A DNA stretch of 34,325 nt, taken from an uncultured Methanosarcinales archaeon (GTDB taxonomy: Archaea > Halobacteriota > Methanosarcinia > Methanosarcinales > Methanogasteraceae). Where the stretch lies: positions 1-34,325 of the forward strand of contig CBDUQO010000003.1 in the NCBI GenBank assembly GCA_965369365.1, read 5' to 3'. Below the pieces are notes generated by a model. That model did not search any database and was not told the origin of the DNA. It saw only the letters and a program-made list of their open reading frames with translations. Shown here one piece after another: positions 9,124-20,102 of the stretch. Within the stretch, counting starts at the first letter, position 1. Each line of letters starts with the position of its first letter. The position numbers and the translations under genes are program-made.

Positions 9124-10440
9124 TCATGCACCGTCGGGTCTTGCACGGAGGCGTGTGGCATGTTCGATCTGCTGGTCGATCAGCGCCACAGTCCCGATGT
9201 CAGACCTTGCATAGAGGTCGCCGCGTATCGCAGAAAGCCCGTGTGCAGCGATCTTCTCTGCATCTGCAATCACCTGTGCAATCCCGACAACCGCAATTGC
9301 CCGCGATCCTGTGGTATATACCTGCCCACCCTCTTCATAGACACTTGAATAAAAGAGCAGAGCATCCCCTGTATCGCCGATCTCGATGACCGAGTCCTTC
9401 ACAGGGTTTTCAGGGTAGCCTGCCGGGACCAGATACTTGCAGACGGTCGCAAAGCGCTCGAATCCAACGTCCAGGTCAGAGAGCGACTCATCTGCCACCG
9501 CCTGCAAGACGTCTATGAAATCGGGTTTAAGCAGTGTGAGCACGTTCATCACCTCAGGATCGCCGAATCGTGCGTTAAACTCAATTATCATGATTCCTTT
9601 TGCGGTCAACATAAACTGACCGTACAATATGCCTTTATAAGCGCAAGTATCATCCCTGATCTTTTCGATGACATTGCGCATGATCTCTTTCGCAGCCTCG
9701 TAGTCCGGTTCCTGCAGGAATGGCAGTAGGTCGCCTGCAGCGGAATAAGAGCCCATGCTTCCAGTATTTGGTCCCTTGTCGCCGTCGTAAGCGCGTTTGT
9801 AATCCTGCACAGCCGGTGCAAACGCAAGCGTCTTACCATCGGTGAATGCCTGCACAGTAAACTCCTCTCCTTCAAGATTTTCCTCGATTATGACCGGTCC
9901 ATCACGTAGAACCTCAGAAGCATACTCTTTTGCACCGTTCATGTCGGGAAAATGATCTCCCATCACCCGAACGCCTTTTCCACCGGTAAGCCCGGTTGGT
10001 TTCACGACGACGTTGCCAAGTTTCTCGATAAACTCGTGTGCTCCTGCATCATCGCCCTGCTCAAAGATCTCGAAGACCGGGCACCCGCTGATATTGTGCC
10101 TGCGCATGAACCTGCGAGCCCACGCTTTGTCAAGCTCGATCTGCGCAGGCGCGACTTTCGGTCCGAAGCACGGAAAACCCTCGCCTTCGAGCACGTCAGC
10201 AAGTCCGAGCGCAAGCGGCGCTTCAGGACCGATCACAACAAAATCGACGCTCTTTGATCTTGCATAAGGGAGAACCTCCTCAACAGTCTCATTTGCAATC
10301 AGGTAGTCCCTACACAATTCGGCAACCCCCGGGTTTTTCTTGCTCATAACTGCATATAGATCAGAACTGCGGCTGCCGCGTGCGATCGTCTCTGCGATCA
10401 CATGTTCTCTGCCGCCGCCGCCGATGAGTAATATCTTCAT
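9124..10440 (-). CDS. purD: Phosphoribosylamine--glycine ligase
   Basis: MKILLIGGGGREH start at 10440, IGPEAPL, GLTGGKGV, QDYKRAYDGDKGPNTGSMG, EFNARFGDPE. Confidence 0.97.
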   Translation of the reverse strand: MKILLIGGGGREHVIAETIARGSRSSDLYAVMSKKNPGVAELCRDYLIANETVEEVLPYARSKSVDFVVIGPEAPLALGLADVLEGEGFPCFGPKVAPAQIELDKAWARRFMRRHNISGCPVFEIFEQGDDAGAHEFIEKLGNVVVKPTGLTGGKGVRVMGDHFPDMNGAKEYASEVLRDGPVIIEENLEGEEFTVQAFTDGKTLAFAPAVQDYKRAYDGDKGPNTGSMGSYSAAGDLLPFLQEPDYEAAKEIMRNVIEKIRDDTCAYKGILYGQFMLTAKGIMIIEFNARFGDPEVMNVLTLLKPDFIDVLQAVADESLSDLDVGFERFATVCKYLVPAGYPENPVKDSVIEIGDTGDALLFYSSVYEEGGQVYTTGSRAIAVVGIAQVIADAEKIAAHGLSAIRGDLYARSDIGTVALIDQQIEHATRLRARPDGA

Positions 10441-10569
10441 GCTTCCGGAGTTTGGGTGAATGGCGCATAAGAGTTTTGCTGGAGTCTTGCCATGTTTTAA
10501 GAAGACCGTTGTGCGCTTGCAAGCCCCCTCCGGCAAAGGTTTATCTTCATGCGCCCCCGATTTCAGTTG

Positions 10570-12012
10570 ATGGAAAAAAATGCGCAGCAGCCAAAACTCC
10601 CACCGAAGTCACGCTTCAGTGAGTGGTACAACGAGCTGCTCGCTGCGGCAGAGATAATGGATGTCAGATACCCGGTCAAGGGTCTGTATGTGTGGCACCC
10701 ATTTGGATTTTCATTGCGAAATAAGATTTACTCGATCATACGAGAACTCCTGGACAAAGACGGTCACGAAGAGGCGTTGTTCCCGCTTTTAATTCCTGAA
10801 AACGAGTTTATGAAGGAAGCAGAGCACATAAAGGGATTTGAGGATGAGGTTTACTGGGTCACGCACGGAGGCGTTACGCCGCTGGACGTGAAACTTGCGC
10901 TAAGACCCACAAGCGAGACCGCGATATATCCAATGTACAAGCTCTGGATCAGGTCACATGCGGACCTGCCGCTTAAGCTCTACCAGATCGTGAACACCTT
11001 CCGGTACGAGACCAAGCACACGCGTCCGCTCATCCGCCTGCGTGAAATCACGTCGTTTAAGGAGGCGCACACCGTGCATACAGACTGGGACGACGCGGCA
11101 AAACACGTAGATCGGGCAATTGAGCTGTATCAGGAGTTTTACAGGCGGCTTGGAGTCCCAACCGTCGTTTCAAAGCGCCCTTCATGGGATAAGTTTCCTG
11201 GCGCGGATTACACGCTTGCAGTCGATACCCTGATGCCTGACGGCAAGGTTTTGCAGATAGGGACAGCACATCACCTCGCAGACAACTTTGCAAAGACATT
11301 TGGGATCACTTACGAAGATCCAACTGGCGAGCAAATACACGCGCACCAGACCTGCTACGGCATATCCGAACGATCCGTGGCTGCCGTTATAAGCGTGCAT
11401 GGCGATGATCGCGGGCTTGTGCTACCTCCCGAGGTCGCACCTGTGCAGGTGGTGATTGTACCGATCCTGTTTGGCGACCACGATGTTAATGAGAAGGTAC
11501 TGGAGACGTGCAGGTCCCTGAGTGACCGGTTCACAGATCAGGGGCTTCGTGTCAGGATCGATGATAGCGAGGATCGCCCTGGCGCAAAATACTACCGGTG
11601 GGAACTGCGGGGCGTTCCGTTGCGAGTCGAGCTTGGACCAAGAGACCTCGCACAGAACTCGTGCATGCTGGTGCGCAGGGACACAGCAGAGAAACGATCG
11701 GTATCGATCGACCGGATACCCGGTGAGGTGCAGGACTGCATGGACGCAGTGGTAACTGATATGTACCACGCTGCCAGAGATGCGTTAGACTCGAGAATCT
11801 TTGACTGCGAGACACTGGAAGATGTGTCCGAGAGAACAGCTAACGGGATTGCACGAATCTGCTGGTGTCTTGACGATGATTGCGGGCGCGAGATGGAAGA
11901 TGTGACTGGCGTTCACATACTCGGGATACCGGTTGAGCCACAAGGAAAGACCGGACCATGCCCCATCTGCGGAAAAGACGGGATCCCCGTACTGATGGCT
12001 CGAACATATTGA
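10570..12012 (+). CDS. proS: Proline--tRNA ligase (archaeal/eukaryotic type)
   Basis: [40 protein letters not shown], anticodon-binding domain, C-terminal Cys cluster ending ARTY; start uncertain (10549 or 10570). Confidence 0.97.
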   Translation: MEKNAQQPKLPPKSRFSEWYNELLAAAEIMDVRYPVKGLYVWHPFGFSLRNKIYSIIRELLDKDGHEEALFPLLIPENEFMKEAEHIKGFEDEVYWVTHGGVTPLDVKLALRPTSETAIYPMYKLWIRSHADLPLKLYQIVNTFRYETKHTRPLIRLREITSFKEAHTVHTDWDDAAKHVDRAIELYQEFYRRLGVPTVVSKRPSWDKFPGADYTLAVDTLMPDGKVLQIGTAHHLADNFAKTFGITYEDPTGEQIHAHQTCYGISERSVAAVISVHGDDRGLVLPPEVAPVQVVIVPILFGDHDVNEKVLETCRSLSDRFTDQGLRVRIDDSEDRPGAKYYRWELRGVPLRVELGPRDLAQNSCMLVRRDTAEKRSVSIDRIPGEVQDCMDAVVTDMYHAARDALDSRIFDCETLEDVSERTANGIARICWCLDDDCGREMEDVTGVHILGIPVEPQGKTGPCPICGKDGIPVLMARTY

Positions 12013-12077
12013 AAATAAAGTGAGGGATTGATATTAAACTGAAAAAACGATCTGTTTTGCGGAAAGTGAACAGAAAT

Positions 12078-12746
12078 ATGGATGTTAATGACGTTGAAGC
12101 AGTAGATAACCCGGAACAGCCAGCACAGTCGACAGAGCCAATACAACCTGAACGGGGGAGCGCGGGTTCGAATTCAGAGTCCGAGAACCCGGGCATGTTT
12201 GTACTCCCTGGCGACTCGATATGTGCGACTGAGGAGTTTCGTGCTGGTGCGCAGACGTATGAGAATGCAGGCAATATCTACGCAACCGTCACGGGAACGG
12301 TCAAAACCAATACTAAAGACCGGACCATCGCTATAATCCCGAGTACAAGCACTCCACCAGTCCTCCAGCGAGGGGATGTGGTTATCGGGCAGGTTACCGG
12401 GCTGCGTGACTCACTCGTACTGGTGACGATTGCCGGTGTGAGTGGAGTTACCGATCGGGCTATTCCTGACGTGGGATCCGCCGTAATCCACGTATCCAAC
12501 ATCAAGAAGGCGTATGTCAAGGATATCTCGCGTGAGTTTGGATTATTCGACATCGTGAAGGCGAGAATCAGTGATCTTGGGAACATGCGTCTTGACACGG
12601 CAGAACCTGAACTTGGCGTCATGAAAGCGCTCTGCTCGAGATGCATGACCGCTATGACAAAGAACGGTTCCAAACTGGTGTGCCCGGAGTGCAACCAGGT
12701 AGAAACAAGGAAAATGTCCACGGAGTATAGAACAGGCGCCATCTGA
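12078..12746 (+). CDS. csl4: Exosome complex RNA-binding protein Csl4
   Basis: FVLPGD...EEF, S1 domain (GDVVIGQV, IHVSNI), Zn ribbon CSRC/CPEC, ETRKMS; acidic N-terminal extension; start approximate. Confidence 0.92.
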   Translation: MDVNDVEAVDNPEQPAQSTEPIQPERGSAGSNSESENPGMFVLPGDSICATEEFRAGAQTYENAGNIYATVTGTVKTNTKDRTIAIIPSTSTPPVLQRGDVVIGQVTGLRDSLVLVTIAGVSGVTDRAIPDVGSAVIHVSNIKKAYVKDISREFGLFDIVKARISDLGNMRLDTAEPELGVMKALCSRCMTAMTKNGSKLVCPECNQVETRKMSTEYRTGAI

Positions 12747-12838
12747 GCAATTGATCAGAGAGATTAGATACAAAGGATGAAAGATAGGGGTAACACTTTC
12801 ATCCTATAGAGGTATGAACTCACTCGACGAAAAGTTGA

Positions 12839-13103
12839 ATAAACGCAGATTATAATTTTGGGATTTCTGGCAGCGATGAAGGTATTGTAGACAATTTAAT
12901 CTGAAATGAGATATTGCCTGAAGATATGAAAGAGAAATTGGGATCTATGAAAGGGTTTAGAAACATCATCTCACAGATATGGAAAAATTGATGATAATCT
13001 TGCTTTTAATACAATATCAGAACATCTCGATGATTTTTACGGATTTATATCTCTAATCAACGATTATATTGAAAAACAGACCCAGCGCGGTCAAAAAAAC
13101 TAA
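12839..13103 (+). pseudogene. Decayed DUF86/HepT-like HEPN RNase toxin
   Basis: Manual translation: INADYNFGISGSDEGIVDNLI*NEILPEDMKEKLGSMKGFRNII [frameshift at ~12971] HRYGKIDDNLAFNTISEHLDDFYGF...; internal TGA at 12902; no recognisable N-terminus. Confidence 0.8.
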
Positions 13104-13406
13104 ATCTTAACCACTATATGCAGCGGTCAACCGTGCCAGTACGTTTAAACGCAATAACCACTCAAAGCATTTAAACCAAACACCCGTGCAATGAAATTAT
13201 ACTAAAAAAGCCTTTCTTCAGAACCGCGTATGATACTGCTTTCTTCCGGCATCTCCGCAGAACCGCTAACATTCGCCAGACTGGGATATTTCGATTTCAC
13301 CACCATAGTAACCTGATAAAAACCCCTCACATCGACACGTTCTTATTGTATAACAATCATGTAATAGTAAAATACAAACTAATAATAGAAACAGGAGTAA
13401 CAAAAA

Positions 13407-15440
13407 ATGGATAATTTATTATATCTTGCACCCGCAGCAGGCATTCTCAGCCTGATATTCGCAGGTCTGTTTGCACGCACGGTCCTGAAGCAGCCAACCG
13501 GCACAAAAGAGATGCAAGAGATCGCATCCGCGATTCAGGAGGGTGCGATGGCATATCTGAACCGGCAGTACAGAACGGTTGCAATCGTTGCGATCATTCT
13601 GGCTGCTGCGATCGCTTTCCTGCTTGATGACGGGGTAAAGATTGCAGCCGGGTTCCTTGCCGGCGCAGTAGCCTCTGCCGCGGCAGGATACATCGGCATG
13701 AATGTCTCGGTTCGCGCAAACGTGAGAACCGCGAATGCAGCGAAAAGCGGAGTTGAGAAAGCACTCTCCATTGCATTCAAAGGCGGCGCGGTGACCGGGC
13801 TTGCCGTGGTCGGTCTTGCGTTGCTTGGCACGAGCGGGTTTTACATATTATATGGTGGGGTTCCTGAGAACGTCAATCTGATCATCGGCTTTGCATTCGG
13901 TGCGAGCCTGATCAGCCTCTTTGCACGGGTCGGAGGCGGTATCTACACAAAGGCGGCAGATGTCGGCGCAGATCTTGTTGGTAAGATAGAAGCAGGCATC
14001 CCTGAGGACGATCCGAGAAATGCGGCGGTGATTGCTGATAACGTTGGAGATAACGTCGGCGACTGCGCTGGGATGGGTGCAGACCTCTTTGAGACGTATG
14101 TTGTGACTTCGCTTGCCGCAATGCTCCTTGGTGCGCTCGTGATAGGCGAGTACCCGAATGCGGTCACCTACCCGCTGATGCTCGGGGCGGCTGCAATCGT
14201 TGCATCGATCATCGCAGTCTTCTGCGTCAGACTCGGCAAGGATGGGAAGATTATGCGTGCGCTGTACAAAGGCGTTGCAGCCGCGGCACTGCTCAGCATT
14301 GTTGCGTTCTATTTCATCACAGACCGGCTGATGGGTGGCGATATCAGGTTCTTTTATGCGACACTCGTCGGGATCGTGATCATGGTTTTGATCGTGATCA
14401 TCACCGAATACTACACCGCAGTCACATTCAGACCTGTTAAGACGATTGCTCGTGCATCAGAGACTGGTGCAGGCACAAACATCATATCAGGGCTTGCAAT
14501 CGGTCTTGAAAGTACGGTAATGCCGGTGATCGTGATCTGTGCCGGCATACTGGTATCATTCATTGTTGTTGGTGGACTGGACGATGCGGCAATCGGCGTG
14601 TACGGCATCGCTCTTGCGGCGGTCGCGATGCTCTCAACGACTGGAATCATCGTTGCACTTGATTCGTACGGACCGATCACAGACAACGCAGGCGGCATCG
14701 CAGAGATGGCTGCACTTCCATCAAGCACCAGGGATGTGACCGATCAACTCGATGCAGTCGGAAACACCACAAAAGCGGTGACCAAGGGCTATGCAGTTGG
14801 ATCAGCCGCTCTCGGAGCGCTCGCACTCTTTGCGGATTACAGGCATCAGGTGGATCTCACTGCCGCTGGTGCGCTTGGTCTTGACAACCCGCTGGTACTG
14901 GTCGGGCTCTTCATCGGCGGGCTCCTTCCGTTCCTCTTCAGTGCTGTTACGATGAATGCGGTCAGTAAAGCCGCTTTTGAGATCGTGGAAGAAGTGCGAA
15001 GGCAGTTCCGAGAGATTCCGGGCATCATGGAAGGAACCACAAAACCCGAGTACGGGAAGGCTGTGGATATCGTGACAAAGGCTGCTATCAGGGAAATGGT
15101 GATTCCGGGCATTCTTGCGATCGGTGTACCGCTTGCTGTCGGTATCGTGCTTGGTCCGGTTGCGCTCGGCGGGTTCCTCATTGGGATTATCGTTGTCGGT
15201 CTGCTGATGGCGCTATTCATGTCAAACAGCGGCGCAGCGTGGGATAATGCGAAGAAACTGATCGAGGATGGTGCGCATGGTGGTAAAGGCTCTGACGCAC
15301 ACAAGGCAGCCGTAATCGGTGATACCGTCGGCGATCCGTTCAAAGACACCGCAGGACCCGCATTAAACCCGCTGATCAAGGTGGTCAACATCATCGCTAT
15401 ACTGTTCGCCGGGCTCTTCATGCGAGGCGGACTGATCTGA
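13407..15440 (+). CDS. hppA: Membrane-integral pyrophosphatase, K+-independent H+-pumping type predicted
   Basis: [58 protein letters not shown]; AGGAG RBS upstream. Confidence 0.96.
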   Translation: MDNLLYLAPAAGILSLIFAGLFARTVLKQPTGTKEMQEIASAIQEGAMAYLNRQYRTVAIVAIILAAAIAFLLDDGVKIAAGFLAGAVASAAAGYIGMNVSVRANVRTANAAKSGVEKALSIAFKGGAVTGLAVVGLALLGTSGFYILYGGVPENVNLIIGFAFGASLISLFARVGGGIYTKAADVGADLVGKIEAGIPEDDPRNAAVIADNVGDNVGDCAGMGADLFETYVVTSLAAMLLGALVIGEYPNAVTYPLMLGAAAIVASIIAVFCVRLGKDGKIMRALYKGVAAAALLSIVAFYFITDRLMGGDIRFFYATLVGIVIMVLIVIITEYYTAVTFRPVKTIARASETGAGTNIISGLAIGLESTVMPVIVICAGILVSFIVVGGLDDAAIGVYGIALAAVAMLSTTGIIVALDSYGPITDNAGGIAEMAALPSSTRDVTDQLDAVGNTTKAVTKGYAVGSAALGALALFADYRHQVDLTAAGALGLDNPLVLVGLFIGGLLPFLFSAVTMNAVSKAAFEIVEEVRRQFREIPGIMEGTTKPEYGKAVDIVTKAAIREMVIPGILAIGVPLAVGIVLGPVALGGFLIGIIVVGLLMALFMSNSGAAWDNAKKLIEDGAHGGKGSDAHKAAVIGDTVGDPFKDTAGPALNPLIKVVNIIAILFAGLFMRGGLI

Positions 15441-15441
15441 A

Positions 15442-15585
15442 ACGCAGGTGGCGCAGGTGCATTTCCGGGTGTACGCAAAAACCCCATGCACCTGCCTCCC
15501 GGCATCGGAGATTGGAAACAAGATTACACAGATTTTCACGAGAAAGAACACCCTTCTTGTGTCAATCTCGTGAAATCTCGTGGTT
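15442..15585. repeat. Two adjacent inverted repeats between convergent genes (possible terminator or REP-like)
   Basis: gcaggtgcat...atgcacctgc stem, then acaagattacacagattttcacgaga...tctcgtgaaatctcgtg. Confidence 0.6.
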
Positions 15586-15624
15586 TTTCCACAGCAGCTA
15601 AACACATACTGGAAAACGAGATAT

Positions 15625-16869
15625 TTACTCCCGATCCATTGCTGTTTCCGACCCATTCCCGCACATACCTTCTATAATCTCTTCTATAACCTCTCCAATG
15701 GTATCAAGATCCGTCTCTTCGGACCCCACATAAGCATCATCCAGGACGTAAAACGGGCTTTTTTGTACGATACTCTCTTTTGTGATCAGTTTATCGATAT
15801 CATTGGCAACCAGAAGTTCGGCAGCCTTGAGCCCCTTTCTCTTCTCTAATGTGGCAAATGGGTTCTTCAGAAACCTCATGTCGATAAAATCGTTGCCATC
15901 TCTTCGCATATCGAATATGCAGAAGTATTCCGCCCCCCCAAAATGCCCGGAGACTTTGGACAGTAGACCATTATTCTCGGTGCATGGAACCGCATACCTC
16001 ATAATTTCCCGCTCCCCAGGTTCGATATGGATCAAAACCCGGTCAACATTCTTTATCTCGGATTTAATCCGCGTCTCGATCTTATCACTCAGTTGATGCG
16101 CCCTCTCGAGATCCTTCAGTTTTGTTCCGATCTCCAGTTCTATAAATATGAATTTTCCGGAACTTCTTGCGGCGAGGGACTGTATCGCCCCAACGCCAGG
16201 GGTCTTGGATGTGATCTCTCTTATCCGATTCAAACTCTCGTAATCGATGGATGCATCAAGTAGAACCTTTATCGAGTCTTTTAAGATTCCGTATCCGGCT
16301 CTGAAGATGAATATGGAGACTATAATGCCGGACGCTGGATCAAGGGAATGAAAACCTGCGTAGTTTCCCAGTATTCCCACAAGCACCGCTGCGGATGCAT
16401 AAGTATCCGCTCTTGTATGCCTCCCATCCGCAATCAAACTGGGGGAGTTCTCCTCTCTTCCGACTTTGAGCTTGTAACTGCTCAGAAGCAGGGTGAACAA
16501 CAGCGATACCAGCGCAGCTATGATTGCATACGGGACATTTGTCAGGGCATTCATCACGGTAAACTTCTCAACTGATGTGAGAACGATCTCATATCCTGCG
16601 TAAATGATTGCAAGAGCAAGAAAGAGGCTCACGATATTCTCCGCCCTGTAAAATCCATAAGGAAACGTCTCTGTGGGCTTACGATCCGAGATCTTAAGAC
16701 CTATGACGACCCCGACGGAACTGATCACATCCGTAAGTGAGTGGACCGCATCAGCAACCAGCGCGATACTTCCTGAGAGTGTACCAGCAATAAATTTGAT
16801 TGCCGCCAGAAATGCAGTCACCCCCACGGATATCATGGCGGCTTTCTTATCCCTCGCTACACGCACCAT
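15625..16869 (-). CDS. Cation diffusion facilitator fused to a C-terminal NifB/NifX-like domain
   Basis: SIALVADAVHSLTD, FPYGFYRAE, ADGRHTRAD, dimerisation domain ending IHIEP, then YAVP...VSGHFGGAEYF...NP; start probably 16869 (track 16953). Confidence 0.9.
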   Translation of the reverse strand: MVRVARDKKAAMISVGVTAFLAAIKFIAGTLSGSIALVADAVHSLTDVISSVGVVIGLKISDRKPTETFPYGFYRAENIVSLFLALAIIYAGYEIVLTSVEKFTVMNALTNVPYAIIAALVSLLFTLLLSSYKLKVGREENSPSLIADGRHTRADTYASAAVLVGILGNYAGFHSLDPASGIIVSIFIFRAGYGILKDSIKVLLDASIDYESLNRIREITSKTPGVGAIQSLAARSSGKFIFIELEIGTKLKDLERAHQLSDKIETRIKSEIKNVDRVLIHIEPGEREIMRYAVPCTENNGLLSKVSGHFGGAEYFCIFDMRRDGNDFIDMRFLKNPFATLEKRKGLKAAELLVANDIDKLITKESIVQKSPFYVLDDAYVGSEETDLDTIGEVIEEIIEGMCGNGSETAMDRE

Positions 16870-17181
16870 CAGGAAACAATTGTCCGGTAAACATCTAATA
16901 CTTATCCCGTGAGCGTATTTATCACAACTGCGTGACTTCCCATATATTGTCATCGTGTCCGGGAGGGAAGTTGAATGTATGAATATAGATTTATCTTTTC
17001 GAATAGTTTCAATACTGTTTTAAAAGATTGGGGTATGCAGAGCGACTAAACACGTACCTTTTTATATATCCTGCACGAGATGAAACCGTTTACGTTTTCA
17101 GGATATATTGCCAGATGAACCGGATAAACAGGATGCCAAGTTGACGACCACTACTGGGCATGGCAGGGAACTGGATCATAA

Positions 17182-19560
17182 ATGAATCGGGAGGGAATAA
17201 TGAGGCGATCGTTGCCATTGCAAGACATAATCAACTTCGACGAGCTTCAAGAGATCCAGGACGGATTTGCAAAGGTTATCTACACATCTTCAGTGATCTT
17301 TTCACCGGAAGGAGACGCCTTGACTCGTTTCAGCAACCCAACCGACTTTTGTTCGCTGATCCAGTCAACCACCAAAGGGATGCGGTGTTGTTTCCAGTCA
17401 TTTGCAGATATGGGTCAGAAAGTCCTCGAGTCAGACGAACCTGTGCTTATGCGCTGTTTCGCGCACGGTGCACACTTTGCCGCACCGATCATAATCGATG
17501 GTGAGCGCAAAGCAACGATGTTCATGGGACAATTTGTAACAGAGGAGTTATCCCCCGAGCAATTGAAGGAACTCAGAGAAATCGCTGCGCAGATCGACGT
17601 GGATCCGGACCTGCTGGTTGCAGAAGCAAGAAAGATGCGCGTGGTCCGGGAAGATGCGGTCCGGAATTATGCAGCCTCATTATCGCAGACCGTCAGGGTC
17701 ATCGCAAGGCTGGGCGCGCAGGCAATCGAACTCATGCGGGCAAAAGATGCGCTCCAGGAGTCACATGATGAACTGGAGTCACGTGTAAAAGAGCGCACCA
17801 CGGAACTTGCTTTAGCAAACACCGGACTGAAGCAAGAGATCGCCGAGCGCAAGCTTGCCGAAGATCATATTGAGCACCTGAACAGCGTTCTTAAAGCCAT
17901 CAGGAATGTTAATCAGTTGATCGTATCTGAGAAAGACCGGGACAACCTCCTCCGGAAAGCATGTGACATCCTGTTAGAGGCACGGGGCTACGATGCCGCG
18001 TGGTTCGGACTCCTGCAAGATGATGCAACCTTTGAGATGGTTCTGGGTTCCGACTCAAGACGTGATCCTCCCCGCTTCTGCGATGATATGGTTGGCAGGG
18101 GTCCGTCACAGTGTTTCAAAGATGCACTTACCCGGAAAGAGAGGATTACGATCGTTGACAAATTCGTTGAGTGCAAAGATTGTACGTTCAAGAGCGCTTA
18201 TGTCGGCAACGAAACTGTGATCATCCGTGTCGAACATGCAGAAAGGCTCTTTGGGCTGCTTGCGATCTCGCTTGCCGCCGATGTCGATGTCGCTGCCGAC
18301 GACGACGAAAAAAAACTCCTCAAGGAGGTTGCTTCCGACATAGCGTTTGCTCTACATGATATTGAACTGGATGAGGCACGTAAAGCCATTGAGAATACGC
18401 TCCGGGAGAGCGAGGAGAAGTACCGCACCTTAATTGAGAATATCCAGGATGGTGCATTCCTCATTCAGGACGGGGAGCTCACGTTTGTCAATGAGGCGTT
18501 TGCAAGGATACCGGGCTACACCGTGGAGGAGCTCCTCGGGATGAATTTCGGAGAACTTGTTGCGCCAGAGGACCTGGATATGGTTGCTGATCGCTACGTC
18601 CGGATGATGGCAGGGGAAGATGTGCCTATGGAATATGAGTTTCATGGCATGCGGAGGGGCAAAGATACGCGAATTATCCTCCACATGACTGTCGGACTTA
18701 TTGACTATAATGGCAAGCCGGCAGCGATTGGAACGGTGAAGGACATAACCGAGCGAAAAAGCATGGAAGATGCACTCCGGGAGAGCGAGATTATGTACAG
18801 AACACTCTACGATTCTTCCAGGGACGCGATCATGATACTGACACCTGAAGGGGGATTTTTCAGTGGAAATTCCGCCACTATGGAGATGTTCGGATACAAA
18901 GACGAAGAAGAGTTCACATCTATGACCCCGGCTGACATATCTCCCGAATACCAGCCGGACGGATCTTTATCCCTGCCAGAATCCCGGAAGGCAATGGCGG
19001 TCGCAATGGAGAAAGGATCGCACTCATTTGAGTGGAAACACAGACGCAGTTGGGGCGAGGAGTTCTTTGCTGATGTTTTGCTGACCAGAGTGAAGTTCGA
19101 TCACAAAGAATTTTTGCAGGCGACGGTTAGGGACATAACCAGACGCAAGATTGCGGAGGCTGCTCTGCGTGAGAGCGAGGAGAAGTACCGCACCTTAATT
19201 GAGAATATCCAGGATGGTGTATTCCTCATCCAGGACGGGGAGCTTAAGTTTGTCAATGAGGCGTTTGCAAGGATACCGGGCTACACAGTGGAGGAGATCC
19301 TCGGGATGAATTTCGGAGGACTTGTTGCGCCAGAGGACATGGATATGGTTGCTGATCGCTACGTCCGGATGATGGCAGGGGAAGATGTGCCTATGGAATA
19401 TGAGTTTCATGGCATGCGGAGGGGCAAAGATACGCGAATTATCCTCCACATGACTGTCGGACTTATTGACTATAATGGCAAGCCGGCAGCGATTGGAACG
19501 GTGAAGGACATAACCGAGCGAAAAAGCATGGAAGATGCACTCCGGGAGAGCGAGGAATAG
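17182..19560 (+). CDS. Cytoplasmic sensor: PocR, coiled coil, GAF and three PAS domains; ends at TAG
   Basis: PocR (LQEIQDGFA, FCSLI, FAAPIIIDG), GAF (AIRNVNQLIV...EVASDIAFAL), repeated ESEEKYRTLIE...DITERK PAS units. Confidence 0.88.
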   Translation: MNREGIMRRSLPLQDIINFDELQEIQDGFAKVIYTSSVIFSPEGDALTRFSNPTDFCSLIQSTTKGMRCCFQSFADMGQKVLESDEPVLMRCFAHGAHFAAPIIIDGERKATMFMGQFVTEELSPEQLKELREIAAQIDVDPDLLVAEARKMRVVREDAVRNYAASLSQTVRVIARLGAQAIELMRAKDALQESHDELESRVKERTTELALANTGLKQEIAERKLAEDHIEHLNSVLKAIRNVNQLIVSEKDRDNLLRKACDILLEARGYDAAWFGLLQDDATFEMVLGSDSRRDPPRFCDDMVGRGPSQCFKDALTRKERITIVDKFVECKDCTFKSAYVGNETVIIRVEHAERLFGLLAISLAADVDVAADDDEKKLLKEVASDIAFALHDIELDEARKAIENTLRESEEKYRTLIENIQDGAFLIQDGELTFVNEAFARIPGYTVEELLGMNFGELVAPEDLDMVADRYVRMMAGEDVPMEYEFHGMRRGKDTRIILHMTVGLIDYNGKPAAIGTVKDITERKSMEDALRESEIMYRTLYDSSRDAIMILTPEGGFFSGNSATMEMFGYKDEEEFTSMTPADISPEYQPDGSLSLPESRKAMAVAMEKGSHSFEWKHRRSWGEEFFADVLLTRVKFDHKEFLQATVRDITRRKIAEAALRESEEKYRTLIENIQDGVFLIQDGELKFVNEAFARIPGYTVEEILGMNFGGLVAPEDMDMVADRYVRMMAGEDVPMEYEFHGMRRGKDTRIILHMTVGLIDYNGKPAAIGTVKDITERKSMEDALRESEE
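18406..19554 (+). repeat. 384-bp intragenic direct repeat (18406-18789 and 19171-19554), duplicated PAS domain
   Basis: Copies offset by 765 bp; I counted about 8 substitutions by eye, all in the 5' half. Confidence 0.95.
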
Positions 19561-19566
19561 TTTGGA

Positions 19567-19920
19567 ATGATGTTTGAGAACATGAGTAACGCCATAGCCG
19601 TTTATGAGGTGATTGACGAAGGAAAAGATTTCATCTTCAAGGATTTCAACCAGTCAGCAGAGAAGCTGGCGGATATGAAGAGCGAAGACCTGATCGCTAA
19701 AAGCTTGCTCGATGTGTTCCCCGGAGTGGTTGATTTTGGACTTTTTGATATTTTGCAGAGAGTATGGCAGACCGGAAACCCGGAGCATCACCAGATCTCT
19801 CTTTACAAGGATAAGAGAATCGTTGGCTGGAGAGAAAACTATGTTTACAAGCTGCCATCTGGCGAAATCGTTGCGATTTATGGGGACGTGACCAAGCGCA
19901 AGCGGCGGGTAATGGCGTAA
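19567..19920 (+). CDS. PAS domain in frame with the upstream gene (split-gene fragment or read-through portion)
   Basis: GAG AGC GAG GAA TAG TTT GGA ATG ATG TTT GAG AAC continues the ESEE(K)F..MFEN PAS pattern; ends GDVTKRKRRVMA. Confidence 0.75.
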   Translation: MMFENMSNAIAVYEVIDEGKDFIFKDFNQSAEKLADMKSEDLIAKSLLDVFPGVVDFGLFDILQRVWQTGNPEHHQISLYKDKRIVGWRENYVYKLPSGEIVAIYGDVTKRKRRVMA

Positions 19921-20102
19921 TCTGCGATAGTTTATATGACGAAATCCGCGTTATACTCAGCACCGGCATAAACTGCACTTTTTATCGATAGACCAAAAAC
20001 AAGAGCATAAATTTAACTTACATAGAATAATTCAAATTTTTAAGTGTGATGAATAGATTATGTGGGTGTAGATTCGCGTAATGAGCGAAACGAGCCGACA
20101 CA

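Noticed and set aside
8573-9214. 213-aa plus-strand ORF
   Set aside because: Antisense shadow of the LysE family gene and the end of purD
14846-15505. 219-aa minus-strand ORF
   Set aside because: Antisense shadow of hppA
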